Shown piece after piece: positions 9,023 to 16,620 of a stretch of 32,000 bases of DNA; the first letter of the stretch is position 1, and every line of letters starts with the position of its first letter. A model generated the notes under the pieces. It searched no databases. It was not told where the DNA came from and was given only the letters and a program-made list of their open reading frames with translations. The DNA comes from Candidatus Bipolaricaulia bacterium (GTDB taxonomy: Bacteria > Bipolaricaulota > Bipolaricaulia > JBHIAT01): contig JBHIAT010000005.1 of assembly GCA_046758705.1 (NCBI GenBank), positions 18,009 to 50,008 of the forward strand, written 5' to 3'. A program made the translations under genes and the position numbers.

Positions 9023-9027
9023 GTCTA
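9004..9027. promoter_or_regulatory. near-perfect palindrome TAGACGTTA-tggtta-TAATGTCTA (9-6-9), a recombinase core-site-like or operator-like element overlapping the -10 box
   Basis: Read directly. The arms match 8/9. The right arm is the exact reverse complement of the motif at 7898 and 8927. Confidence 0.45.
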
Positions 9028-9055
9028 AAAATGGCTGTAACCAACATAGGCAAAC

Positions 9056-9772
9056 ATGAAAAGAGCTGAAGATATTGTTTTCTATAATGAGACGGGTAAC
9101 CTCACCTCCACCTCAGAAAATATAGACGGAATTCCTAACACTTGTCCTCTCTGTCACAGGGCCATAAGACCAACCCAATTTTTTGCCTTTCTTCAACCGA
9201 ACGAAAGGCTCCAAGTTACCTATGGTTGTACGAATGAGGAATGTCAGAGGCTCTTCATCGCTATCTACAGATATGTTAGCGACCCAGGTAAAGGACAGAC
9301 GTGGTATAAATTCCAAGAGGTAGCTCCGGTTGAGATTGAGAAACGTGGGTTCAGCAAAGAAATCGAATCCTGCTCTGAAGACTTTACTAAAATCTACAAT
9401 CAAGCATTTGCTGCAGAGCAGCTTGGTCTGGATTTAATCTGTGGTGCTGGCTACAGGAAAGCCTTAGAGTTTCTTGTTAGAGATTACTGCGTTCATCTCA
9501 ATCGTGATAACGAAGAGGAAAAGGAGAAGGTTAAAAGCAAGCCTTTGGCCAACTGTATTGACGAGAATATTAAAAACAAAAGAATCAAAGCAATGGCAGA
9601 ACGCGCTTGGTGGCTAGGTAGTGACGAGGCACACTATATGAGGCTATACGAGGAAAACGACATAGAAGACCTGAAAGCCCTCATTGAAGCTACTAGAAGT
9701 TGGGTAGAGACTGACCTTATAACTGAACAATACTCTGAGGAGATAAAGAAAAAGCCCAAAAAGAAATCATGA
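9056..9772 (+). CDS. Zn-ribbon + DUF4145-like domain protein
   Basis: 238-aa ORF. The N-terminus has CPLCH...C..EEC. The C-terminal pattern YRKALEFLVRD...AERAWWLGSDEAHY resembles the DUF4145 signature (R.alE ... G(N/S)..aH). The stop overlaps the next gene's ATG (ATGA). Confidence 0.5.
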   Translation: MKRAEDIVFYNETGNLTSTSENIDGIPNTCPLCHRAIRPTQFFAFLQPNERLQVTYGCTNEECQRLFIAIYRYVSDPGKGQTWYKFQEVAPVEIEKRGFSKEIESCSEDFTKIYNQAFAAEQLGLDLICGAGYRKALEFLVRDYCVHLNRDNEEEKEKVKSKPLANCIDENIKNKRIKAMAERAWWLGSDEAHYMRLYEENDIEDLKALIEATRSWVETDLITEQYSEEIKKKPKKKS

Positions 9773-10344
9773 AAACCGACACCATACAGTTTCTCACCCA
9801 AGAGGAACTCGAGCAGCTGCTCAAGGTCATCAAGAAGCACTCCAAACGAGACCATGCCATTTTCTATACGGCTTACCGTCACGGTCTCAGAGCCAGTGAG
9901 GTAGGACTGCTGCAGCTCCAGGACCTCGATTTAGATAACTTCCGAATCCGGATTCGGAGACTCAAAGGCAGCCTTAGCTCGGTTCATCACCTCAGTCCTA
10001 AAGAGGTGTCTATGCTCAAGTCTTACCTGAGAACCAGAAAGGGAAAAGATAACAACCCAGTTCTTTTTCCCTCTAATCGAGGCACCCCTATTTCAAGAAA
10101 GACCCTGCACGTAATGATGCAGAAGTATGGAGAACTGGCAGGAATCCCTAAAGAGAAGAGAAAATTCCGGGTTTTAAAACATAGTATAGCCACCCATATG
10201 TTAGACGCTGGCTTCGACATCATAGAGGTGAAAGACTGGCTGGGCCACAAGAATATCGAAAACACTATGGTCTATGCCCAGCTCACCAGCCGAGTCCGAG
10301 ATGAGCTGGCCAGGAAGCTCTCGACTTCACCGAGGATTGTGTGA
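9769..10344 (+). CDS. short (191 aa) tyrosine recombinase, FimB/FimE-sized
   Basis: Motifs in order: GLRASE (Arg I), RRLKGS, VLKHSIATHML, WLGHKNIENTMVYAQL (Tyr nucleophile). No separate N-terminal core-binding domain is visible. The HxLR box reads RVLK. Confidence 0.8.
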   Translation: MKTDTIQFLTQEELEQLLKVIKKHSKRDHAIFYTAYRHGLRASEVGLLQLQDLDLDNFRIRIRRLKGSLSSVHHLSPKEVSMLKSYLRTRKGKDNNPVLFPSNRGTPISRKTLHVMMQKYGELAGIPKEKRKFRVLKHSIATHMLDAGFDIIEVKDWLGHKNIENTMVYAQLTSRVRDELARKLSTSPRIV

Positions 10345-10362
10345 TAGAAGGAGGAGACAGTT

Positions 10363-11349
10363 GTGGTGAACACTGACGAAGACGATGTAATTAAGAAACT
10401 AGATAAATATGGACTGGAGATCAAAGAATTAGCTTCTATCCTGAAAGTTAATATCGGTGATATCTTAAACGCTGTTGAGGCAGGGGAATCGCTTTTAGAG
10501 ATGTTACAACGTTTCCAGAAAGAATACGATTACAAACTGTCGTATTTCTATAGACATTTATTAGATTTAGAGGACGGATTGGAGACTCTAGATGCACTTG
10601 GTATTTATATAGATATACCTGACTTTACATTAAAAACAGGAGAGCCTGCGGTCAAACTCAAGAGTGGGAAAGGACCTCACCCCTTTTTGCGGACACGTTT
10701 TAGATTCGATGAATACTATGGTAGAAGAAAAATGGATTATATTGACTACTCTCCAGAGTTCCGTCGAACACTTGACCTTCAAGAGAAAATTGAGCAGGGT
10801 CATGAGCCAACCCAAGAAGATCTGTCGAGACTTTATACTGTAGGCGTATTTAGGTTTGGTCGAGATTTTGTTGAAAGTGTCCTAGCAGAAGGCGGGGAAA
10901 AAGAGTTCCTAGACTGGATAACAGATTGTTACTCCAGAGTAAACGAGCAGATGAACAAGTGGCTTGGAAAGGAGTATAAGGAATTTCAGCCAAATCCTCC
11001 GGCCCGCTTGCGGTGTGAAGATGGTCATCTTGTGCAATCAAGAGGTGAGATGCTCATTGATAACTGGTTATACCATCAAGAGATACCACATGCTTATTTT
11101 CGAAAAGTACCAAATGTTCCCAAAACAATGTACTCAGATTTTTATATCCCCGTTGAGAAGACCTGCTACATTGAATACTGGGGTCGTGAGGATGTTCCAA
11201 GGTATAGGGAAAGGATGAGGAGAAAGATTGCATTGTATCAAGAATACAATATAAACCTTGTTTCGCTGACAAATCCAGATATTGAGAGACTTGATGACGT
11301 CCTCCCTGATGAACTTCGAAAGTACCTTCCAGAGTGGATCTTTAAATGA
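10363..11349 (+). CDS. hypothetical protein with a C-terminal PD-(D/E)xK-like (Vsr/HJR-like) nuclease module
   Basis: 328-aa ORF with a GTG start preceded by AAGGAGGAG. The C-terminal pattern SRGEMLIDNWLY..IPH.Y...YSDFYIP...YIEYWG resembles the nuclease-like modules attached to some UvrD-type helicases. This rests on recollection only. Confidence 0.45.
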   Translation: MVNTDEDDVIKKLDKYGLEIKELASILKVNIGDILNAVEAGESLLEMLQRFQKEYDYKLSYFYRHLLDLEDGLETLDALGIYIDIPDFTLKTGEPAVKLKSGKGPHPFLRTRFRFDEYYGRRKMDYIDYSPEFRRTLDLQEKIEQGHEPTQEDLSRLYTVGVFRFGRDFVESVLAEGGEKEFLDWITDCYSRVNEQMNKWLGKEYKEFQPNPPARLRCEDGHLVQSRGEMLIDNWLYHQEIPHAYFRKVPNVPKTMYSDFYIPVEKTCYIEYWGREDVPRYRERMRRKIALYQEYNINLVSLTNPDIERLDDVLPDELRKYLPEWIFK

Positions 11350-11496
11350 AACTCCGGCTCTGATTCTGTGGAAAGCTTGAAGTAAGGCTAGCGTTAAAAC
11401 CCTTTACACAGCGCCTTTTTAGAGCTTCCACTTTATCATCGATTGTCTGCTTCAACCCATTGACGACCTCTCACCCTTCCTCTACCCTATCCTTAT

Positions 11497-11976
11497 ATGC
11501 GCATCCAGATAGACACCGGAAGCCGTTTAGACGAAAGTGGTGATACCACCTTTGGCTTCTCAGATGATATTCAAAAGGCCATTCGCCTCAAGCAAAGAGT
11601 CCGAGACCAATGTCTTCAGGCTTTAAAGGGTAGGAGGCTCAGCAAAGAGCTGCGTCTCTTGGCAGCGTGCGTGTATCTTTTAATCGAAGATTATTTGGAA
11701 GACTTAGAAAGTATTGTGATTGATAACGAATATGAAGGGTATCAGGGTGACATCAAACGCTACCTACTCAACTTAATCAAGACCCATACTGATGCTCACT
11801 TTCCAGAAGCTCGTATTCAGGTAGTCTCAATTGGGAAGAAATCAGCTGCCCATGAGGTAGCATATCAGACTCTTATTAAAAAGAGAAAGGCAGATAGGGT
11901 TCTTCGAGTTCGGGAAATCCTTGAACTGTTGATTCCTAAATGGAAAAAGGCCGGGGGTTTTCCGGGTTTACGGTAA
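11497..11976 (+). CDS. hypothetical protein (159 aa)
   Basis: The ORF sits in a gene-sized gap and is co-directional with its neighbours. I recognise no motif and see no clear SD. Confidence 0.4.
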   Translation: MRIQIDTGSRLDESGDTTFGFSDDIQKAIRLKQRVRDQCLQALKGRRLSKELRLLAACVYLLIEDYLEDLESIVIDNEYEGYQGDIKRYLLNLIKTHTDAHFPEARIQVVSIGKKSAAHEVAYQTLIKKRKADRVLRVREILELLIPKWKKAGGFPGLR

Positions 11977-12123
11977 CGAGTCGCACTCAAGGTGCGGAAG
12001 CCCATAGCTACACCTTATCGGGCTTGCGCCTTTGGGGATTCACTATGGCACCCAGCCTTTCACTTAACATTATAGCAGGTAGAGTTACCTTGTCAAGTAT
12101 CGAGGAGGAGGTAAACTATTACT

Positions 12124-12360
12124 ATGAAGAACGAACAATGCCCCATCTGCGGAGGGAATCTAAAAGAGGAGCTTATCACCCACGAAGAGCGGGATGAGTC
12201 AGGCACCCTCTATATCTTCGAGAATGTCCCGGCCCTGGTCTGTGAGGAGTGTGGAGATTACCTGCTGACTGATGAGGTAGTCCAGCGCCTCGATCAGCTT
12301 ATCCAAAAGAATGAACCGGTCCGCACCGTGGAAACCCCAGTCTACGACTTCGCCTCGTAG
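12124..12360 (+). CDS. YgiT-type (MqsA N-terminal-like) zinc-finger protein
   Basis: 78 aa. It has CPICGG...(27 aa)...CEECGD and the pattern 'FENVPALVCEECGDYLL'. GGAGGAGG lies upstream. No HTH domain is attached. Confidence 0.65.
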   Translation: MKNEQCPICGGNLKEELITHEERDESGTLYIFENVPALVCEECGDYLLTDEVVQRLDQLIQKNEPVRTVETPVYDFAS

Positions 12361-12383
12361 ATTTTATCGTGAGTGAAGTATCC

Positions 12384-12414
12384 CAGGGGAGCTTTCGGGT
12401 TCCTCTGTTTTTTT
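12384..12414 (+). terminator. putative rho-independent terminator
   Basis: 7-bp stem CAGGGGA / TCCTCTG (one G-U pair), a 10-nt loop, then TTTTTTT at 12408-12414. It lies between convergent genes. Confidence 0.4.
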
Positions 12415-12484
12415 ATCCCCATCTAAGCCGAGTGAACTGAAGATGATTTGAAAAAGCTAAAGTTATTGAAGTGAAATCGTAGTT

Positions 12485-13276
12485 CTATGCCTCTACCCAA
12501 GACAAATCGTTATCATCCAGGAAGTTGATGAGTACATCCGCAGCAATAGCCTCTCCGATAACTAACTGTGTAATATCACGAAAGTACTGGAGCAAAACGC
12601 CGATTATTTGCCCCTCGGAGAACTCATACACATTTCCCGCCTCGTCCGTTACAGGATACAGAAACCCGCTACTTTGCTTCTTGAGTGCTTCTAGGGCACT
12701 AAGATGTAGTTTAGGAATAGGGGCGTGTTTGCTGACAACTACACCCACAACAGCATCTTCAATTTCTGCAATCACCGGACCTCCAGAATTACCTGGATTG
12801 AAGGCACCGTTGACAACATAATGTTTTACAACTGAGTTGCTACTTTGAACCGGATTGAAGCCCGCGAGGTATCCAACAGACAGTATCGGAGACGGTCCAT
12901 TGTAGGCAAGTGGATACCCCCAAGTATGAACTCGCTCTCCTATGGCCGGCAGAGCTCTTTGTATTCGGAAGCCTTCTGTCGGTTGCTCGGTGAGTTCGAG
13001 TGCGGCCAAGTCCAGATCAGCATCTACTACTATATCCTTGACAGCCAACTGCTGACCTGTGCTCGAAATAATGACGAGGTCGTGAGCTGCAGAGCCTCGC
13101 ACTACGTGCTCGTTAGTGATAAGAAAGCCGGTAGTGAGTGAAAACGCTGTTCCCTTCTTTGATGTCTTGTTAGACACAACCATATAGGTTGACCGAATCA
13201 TCGGCTGTTCCTCTGAGCCGACTGATGTAAGCAACCAATTGGTTGCTGTAGGTATATTTGTTCTGTTTGCTTCCAT
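12485..13276 (-). CDS. stand-alone trypsin-like (S1/chymotrypsin fold) serine protease
   Basis: 263 aa. Triad contexts are ITNEHVV, DLDLAALEL and NPGNSGGPV. The ATG is preceded by AAGGAGGA with a 6-nt spacer. Confidence 0.8.
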   Translation of the reverse strand: MEANRTNIPTATNWLLTSVGSEEQPMIRSTYMVVSNKTSKKGTAFSLTTGFLITNEHVVRGSAAHDLVIISSTGQQLAVKDIVVDADLDLAALELTEQPTEGFRIQRALPAIGERVHTWGYPLAYNGPSPILSVGYLAGFNPVQSSNSVVKHYVVNGAFNPGNSGGPVIAEIEDAVVGVVVSKHAPIPKLHLSALEALKKQSSGFLYPVTDEAGNVYEFSEGQIIGVLLQYFRDITQLVIGEAIAADVLINFLDDNDLSWVEA

Positions 13277-13439
13277 CTCTTTTCCTCCTTCAGCTAAAAA
13301 TGTTTGCCGAATGCGAATAACTTACTTTTTGCTTATGCATGCTACATCATTTGCGTTATACGTTCAATGACATGCCCTATCTTCAAGACACAAGTTGGGA
13401 GATCTAATTACTCTCCTGATTTTGTCCCCACCTCCCCTC

Positions 13440-13467
13440 TTGACACTCCTCTCCCCCATGCTAAACT
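13440..13467 (+). promoter_or_regulatory. possible promoter TTGACA-16 nt-TAAACT
   Basis: -35 at 13440-13445 and -10 at 13462-13467, in the intergenic region upstream of the gene at 13653. Confidence 0.3.
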
Positions 13468-13626
13468 ACCCTGACAACCGCCTGTCCATGTCCGACACCC
13501 CACGTCGGCGCAAGGTGTCCAAGCGACATAGTCCATCTTTCAAAATATTGAAACCAAGCCACAGAACACTATGACAAGGGGATGACGACATACACCCAAA
13601 CGCCGACATCCCTACTGACAGCCACC

Positions 13627-13643
13627 TATGACACGGTGTCATA
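13627..13643. promoter_or_regulatory. palindrome TATGACA-cgg-TGTCATA, 10 nt upstream of the HTH gene start
   Basis: Read directly. It is part of a run of TGACA/GACAC motifs across 13441-13643. Confidence 0.35.
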
Positions 13644-13652
13644 CCATCTATC

Positions 13653-14225
13653 ATGCCTGAAGAATCTTACACCCTGACCTATCAACAAGTTGCCGAGCTC
13701 CTCGGTAAATCTCGCCGAACGGTTCAACGCTATGTGGAGGAGGGGAAGCTCTCCAAGGACGAGGTAATGACCAAGACAGGCCAGCGGGTTTATTTTTCAG
13801 AAGCCGAAGTCAAAAAGCTCCAACAGGAGCTGCAGGAACCCCGCAGGGGTGACAGAGGGGGTGACACGTCATCCCAGCGCACACTGGCACTCCAGACGAT
13901 GGTAATGGGCCTTCAGAATCAGTTAGATAAGAAAGACGACCAGCTGGAGAAAAAAGAGGAAAAGATTGAGAAGCTGAATCGGGAGCTGGGAAGAATGGAA
14001 GGTCAGATGAAAGACCAGGGAAAGCTGGCTGAGGAACGAAGGCGGCTGGGGGAGAACCTAAAGAAAGAACAGGAAGAAAAGGTAGCTCTGGAGGGGGAAA
14101 TTGGCGGTCTCAGAAAAAGCCTGACTCGAGGACTGCTTACTGTAAACCTAATTTACATTATTGCTATCCTCGTCGCCGCCGCGATCCTCTTTTGGCCTCG
14201 GATTCAATCGCTTTTAACCCGCTAA
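13653..14225 (+). CDS. excisionase/MerR-like HTH + coiled coil + C-terminal TM helix protein
   Basis: 190 aa. The N-terminus LTYQQVAELLGKSRRTVQRYVEEGKL is a typical HTH. The centre is rich in E/K/L heptads. The C-terminus LLTVNLIYIIAILVAAAILFW is hydrophobic. Confidence 0.55.
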   Translation: MPEESYTLTYQQVAELLGKSRRTVQRYVEEGKLSKDEVMTKTGQRVYFSEAEVKKLQQELQEPRRGDRGGDTSSQRTLALQTMVMGLQNQLDKKDDQLEKKEEKIEKLNRELGRMEGQMKDQGKLAEERRRLGENLKKEQEEKVALEGEIGGLRKSLTRGLLTVNLIYIIAILVAAAILFWPRIQSLLTR

Positions 14226-14240
14226 TAGCCCTACAGACCT

Positions 14241-14450
14241 ATGATTAAGGTAATCCCTACCACTAAATTTCAGCCCACCCGAGCAGCCCTTAAAAGTAAG
14301 GAGCCCTTCTTGGTGTACCAGATCAAGGACGGCAAGCTCATCATTCAGGAGCTGCAGGAGTGCCTGGAAGACATCCGCAATGGGAAAGGGCAGATTGACG
14401 TGAGAGGGGGTGATGTTTCAGTGAAAAAACCCCAGGTTTTCTACAGATAG
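14241..14450 (+). CDS. hypothetical small protein (69 aa)
   Basis: ORF only. There is no SD and no recognisable motif. Confidence 0.25.
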   Translation: MIKVIPTTKFQPTRAALKSKEPFLVYQIKDGKLIIQELQECLEDIRNGKGQIDVRGGDVSVKKPQVFYR

Positions 14451-14779
14451 GCCTTCCAGTAGTAAGCGAGCAATTTTTGTCGTTTAGAGATTAAAAGAAG
14501 CTTCCCTTGGGACTTTTGGTGCCTCAAGATGAGAAGGTTGAGGAGAGCGGTCATCTGTAATGAAGGATGCACCAACTATTGCCATCTGTTGGCTAACGCA
14601 ACGAATGTTCCTGAATAGTGCAGAGGTGGTAATGGAACGAAGCCGGTTTCAGCGAAAGAAGGAATGGTGAGATGCTGAAATCTGCACCAGAATTGTGCTT
14701 CAGGTGCAAGGGATATCGTCGTCATGATACCTTAGCGACAAAAAATGTTCCATTACTACGGGAAGGCCAGACTGGGAAG

Positions 14780-15202
14780 TTACGACGGCGTTGAGTGAAC
14801 CTCCTCAAGCCAATGCCCCCGATGGGTGCGTTTGATTCCCGTACTATCCACGACCAGGATCACCGGTTCCTCGGGATCGAGCTGGGGTTCCGGGTCTAAC
14901 CTCAACTGGGGCAGCCTGAGGCTAAATGTGGTGTAGTCTGGAGCCGGAAGGTGAGTAAGCTTGCCAAGTGCACGTGCGAACCCTTCTAACTGTCGATAGG
15001 GAAGATGGAAAGCAGCTCGAATCATGCCCAGGGGAAGCATCAGCGTCTCCGGGTAAACGAAGGGATGCCCTCGCTTACCTTCGTTCATACGAGCGATCTC
15101 TTGATGCCAATCTTTGAGGACATCGACCTTAAGCAGGATCTCACCTCGTCTGACGAGCTGCTCATTGTACTGCACCCAGTTGCGTGATTGACGATGAGCC
15201 AC
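14780..15202 (-). pseudogene. IS5-family-like DDE transposase, N-terminal fragment
   Basis: 140 aa. The pattern NWVQYNEQLVRRGEILL...VVDSTGIKRTHRGHW matches NW.YN..L..RG ... DSTG.K of the IS5/IS903-type transposases as I recall them. The ORF stops just after the first catalytic Asp, and the remaining ~2/3 of the enzyme is absent. It has a GTG start with GGGAGGGG upstream. Confidence 0.65.
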
Positions 15203-15346
15203 AGTTATCCCCTCCCATCAGCTAATTTAGCCCTTTCGTGGTGATTTGTTCAAGGCCCAATTGGAGTAGGACTTGGATCACCCTCTCAAAGTTGCGTTTT
15301 AGGTGCTCTGAGTATATCCTGAGATAAAAACCAAAGGAGGATAACT

Positions 15347-16237
15347 ATGAACACCGAAAGTTATCATTTCAAGTTAGGCGAATTTGAATGCGTTTCTATC
15401 AGCGATGGCAGCTTCAATTATCCGATTGAAAGCTTTTTTGCCAACGCACCGAAGGAGCAACTTGAAGAGACCCTTCGCCAACACGACCTGCCATTAGAAC
15501 ATCTAACCACGCCGTACACCTGTCTGTTTGTCAGCACGGGCCAGCACCGGGTGATGATAGACACGGGTGCAGGAAATATAGGAGCAATCGCAGCCAAATT
15601 TTTCCCAAATGTGGACCATTCAACAACAATTACGGGCAATTTGCTCCAGAACATGGAAGCAGCGGGTATTAAGCTTGCGGACATTGATACAGTCATTATC
15701 ACGCACGCTCATCCAGATCATATTGGTGGCACACTTGATGATGGCAAGCTCGTTTTCGCCAACGCCCACTACTTTATCTCGAAAGACGAGTGGGATTTTT
15801 GGACTTCGGATATCGCTACAGCAAAAACTCCAGAACCCATGGTGAACATCGCGCGCAAAAATCTCGAACCCCTTCAAGATCGGCTGACCCTTATTGATAT
15901 TAATGATGAGTTTGAGACCGTGCCGGGCATCCAGGCTATTGCAACAGTCGGACACACGCCCGGTCATATCGCCTTGTCCATCGCCTCCGGTGGCGAGCAA
16001 TTGCTGCACATCTCCGATGCAGTGCTTTATCCGCTCCATCTGGAGCACCCGGAGTGGATCCCGGTCTTCGACATACTGCCTGAGGAAGCTGCCGCCAGCA
16101 AGCACCGAATCTTGGATCGGGCAGCACAGGGGAAGGCATTGGTGTTTGCCCATCACTTCCCTCCCTTCCCGAATCTGGGTCACGTTGTCAAGCAAGGGGA
16201 AGGATGGCAATGGCAACCGATTGAGACGAAGAGGTAA
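15347..16237 (+). CDS. MBL-fold metallo-hydrolase
   Basis: 296 aa. It has ITHAHPDHIGG (HxHxDH) and GHTPGH. AAAGGAGGA lies 7 nt upstream of the ATG. Confidence 0.85.
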   Translation: MNTESYHFKLGEFECVSISDGSFNYPIESFFANAPKEQLEETLRQHDLPLEHLTTPYTCLFVSTGQHRVMIDTGAGNIGAIAAKFFPNVDHSTTITGNLLQNMEAAGIKLADIDTVIITHAHPDHIGGTLDDGKLVFANAHYFISKDEWDFWTSDIATAKTPEPMVNIARKNLEPLQDRLTLIDINDEFETVPGIQAIATVGHTPGHIALSIASGGEQLLHISDAVLYPLHLEHPEWIPVFDILPEEAAASKHRILDRAAQGKALVFAHHFPPFPNLGHVVKQGEGWQWQPIETKR

Positions 16238-16412
16238 GGAATCGTCGAGGCCATTTGATAAGCTGCGCCTAACACAGGTGTTTCAGCCAGCTACCTATCT
16301 TGGCTTTAATTCAACACTGTTCAATTACAGGAATTGTTCAACAAGCCCGCAATTAGCAGGCTGTGTTGAAGTTGAATAAATACGAGTTACTCGGAGCGGA
16401 AGACTCATAGAG

Positions 16413-16440
16413 AAGCAGCAAATCGCTGCTTTTTCTGTCT
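16413..16440 (+). terminator. possible rho-independent terminator
   Basis: Stem AGCAGC (16414-16419) / GCTGCT (16425-16430), loop AAATC, followed by TTTTTCTGTCTTATTTT. Confidence 0.35.
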
Positions 16441-16526
16441 TATTTTGAGTTCTTAATGCCCGTCGTCAGACCAGTGTGGTGGGTCTCCCACCAGTTTGAT
16501 TACACCATAGGATGATCCTCCCAGCA

Positions 16527-16555
16527 TTGACTGAATCCCGCTTCTGATCTATAAT
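16527..16555 (+). promoter_or_regulatory. sigma70-like promoter TTGACT-17 nt-TATAAT
   Basis: -35 at 16527-16532 and -10 at 16550-16555, 65 nt upstream of the ATG at 16621. Confidence 0.5.
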
Positions 16556-16620
16556 AGCATTGTTATTACCGGGAAGGGTTATTAGCGGCAATTAACTAAA
16601 TTGAATGGGGTGTAGTTAAT

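Noticed and set aside
9769-10344. The idea that this recombinase mobilises the 12.4-kb repeat-flanked operon
   Set aside because: The 55-bp repeat sequence has no counterpart near the recombinase gene. The gene lies 6.6 kb outside the repeats in compositionally different DNA. The TAGACATTA sites next to it are a more plausible substrate.
11940-12197. 85-aa ORF as the missing toxin partner of the YgiT-type zinc-finger gene
   Set aside because: It overlaps both neighbouring ORFs in a different frame, has no SD, and its peptide has no resemblance to the DUF4258/MqsR-type toxins I can recall.
15620-16216. 198-aa minus-strand ORF inside the MBL hydrolase gene
   Set aside because: It is antisense to an ORF with the HxHxDH metal-binding signature and a strong SD.
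16476-16493. Hairpin TGGTGGG-tct-CCCACCA as a terminator
   Set aside because: It is followed only by GTTTGAT, with no real U-tract, and it lies just upstream of a good promoter. It may be structural or accidental, and there is not enough support to annotate it.
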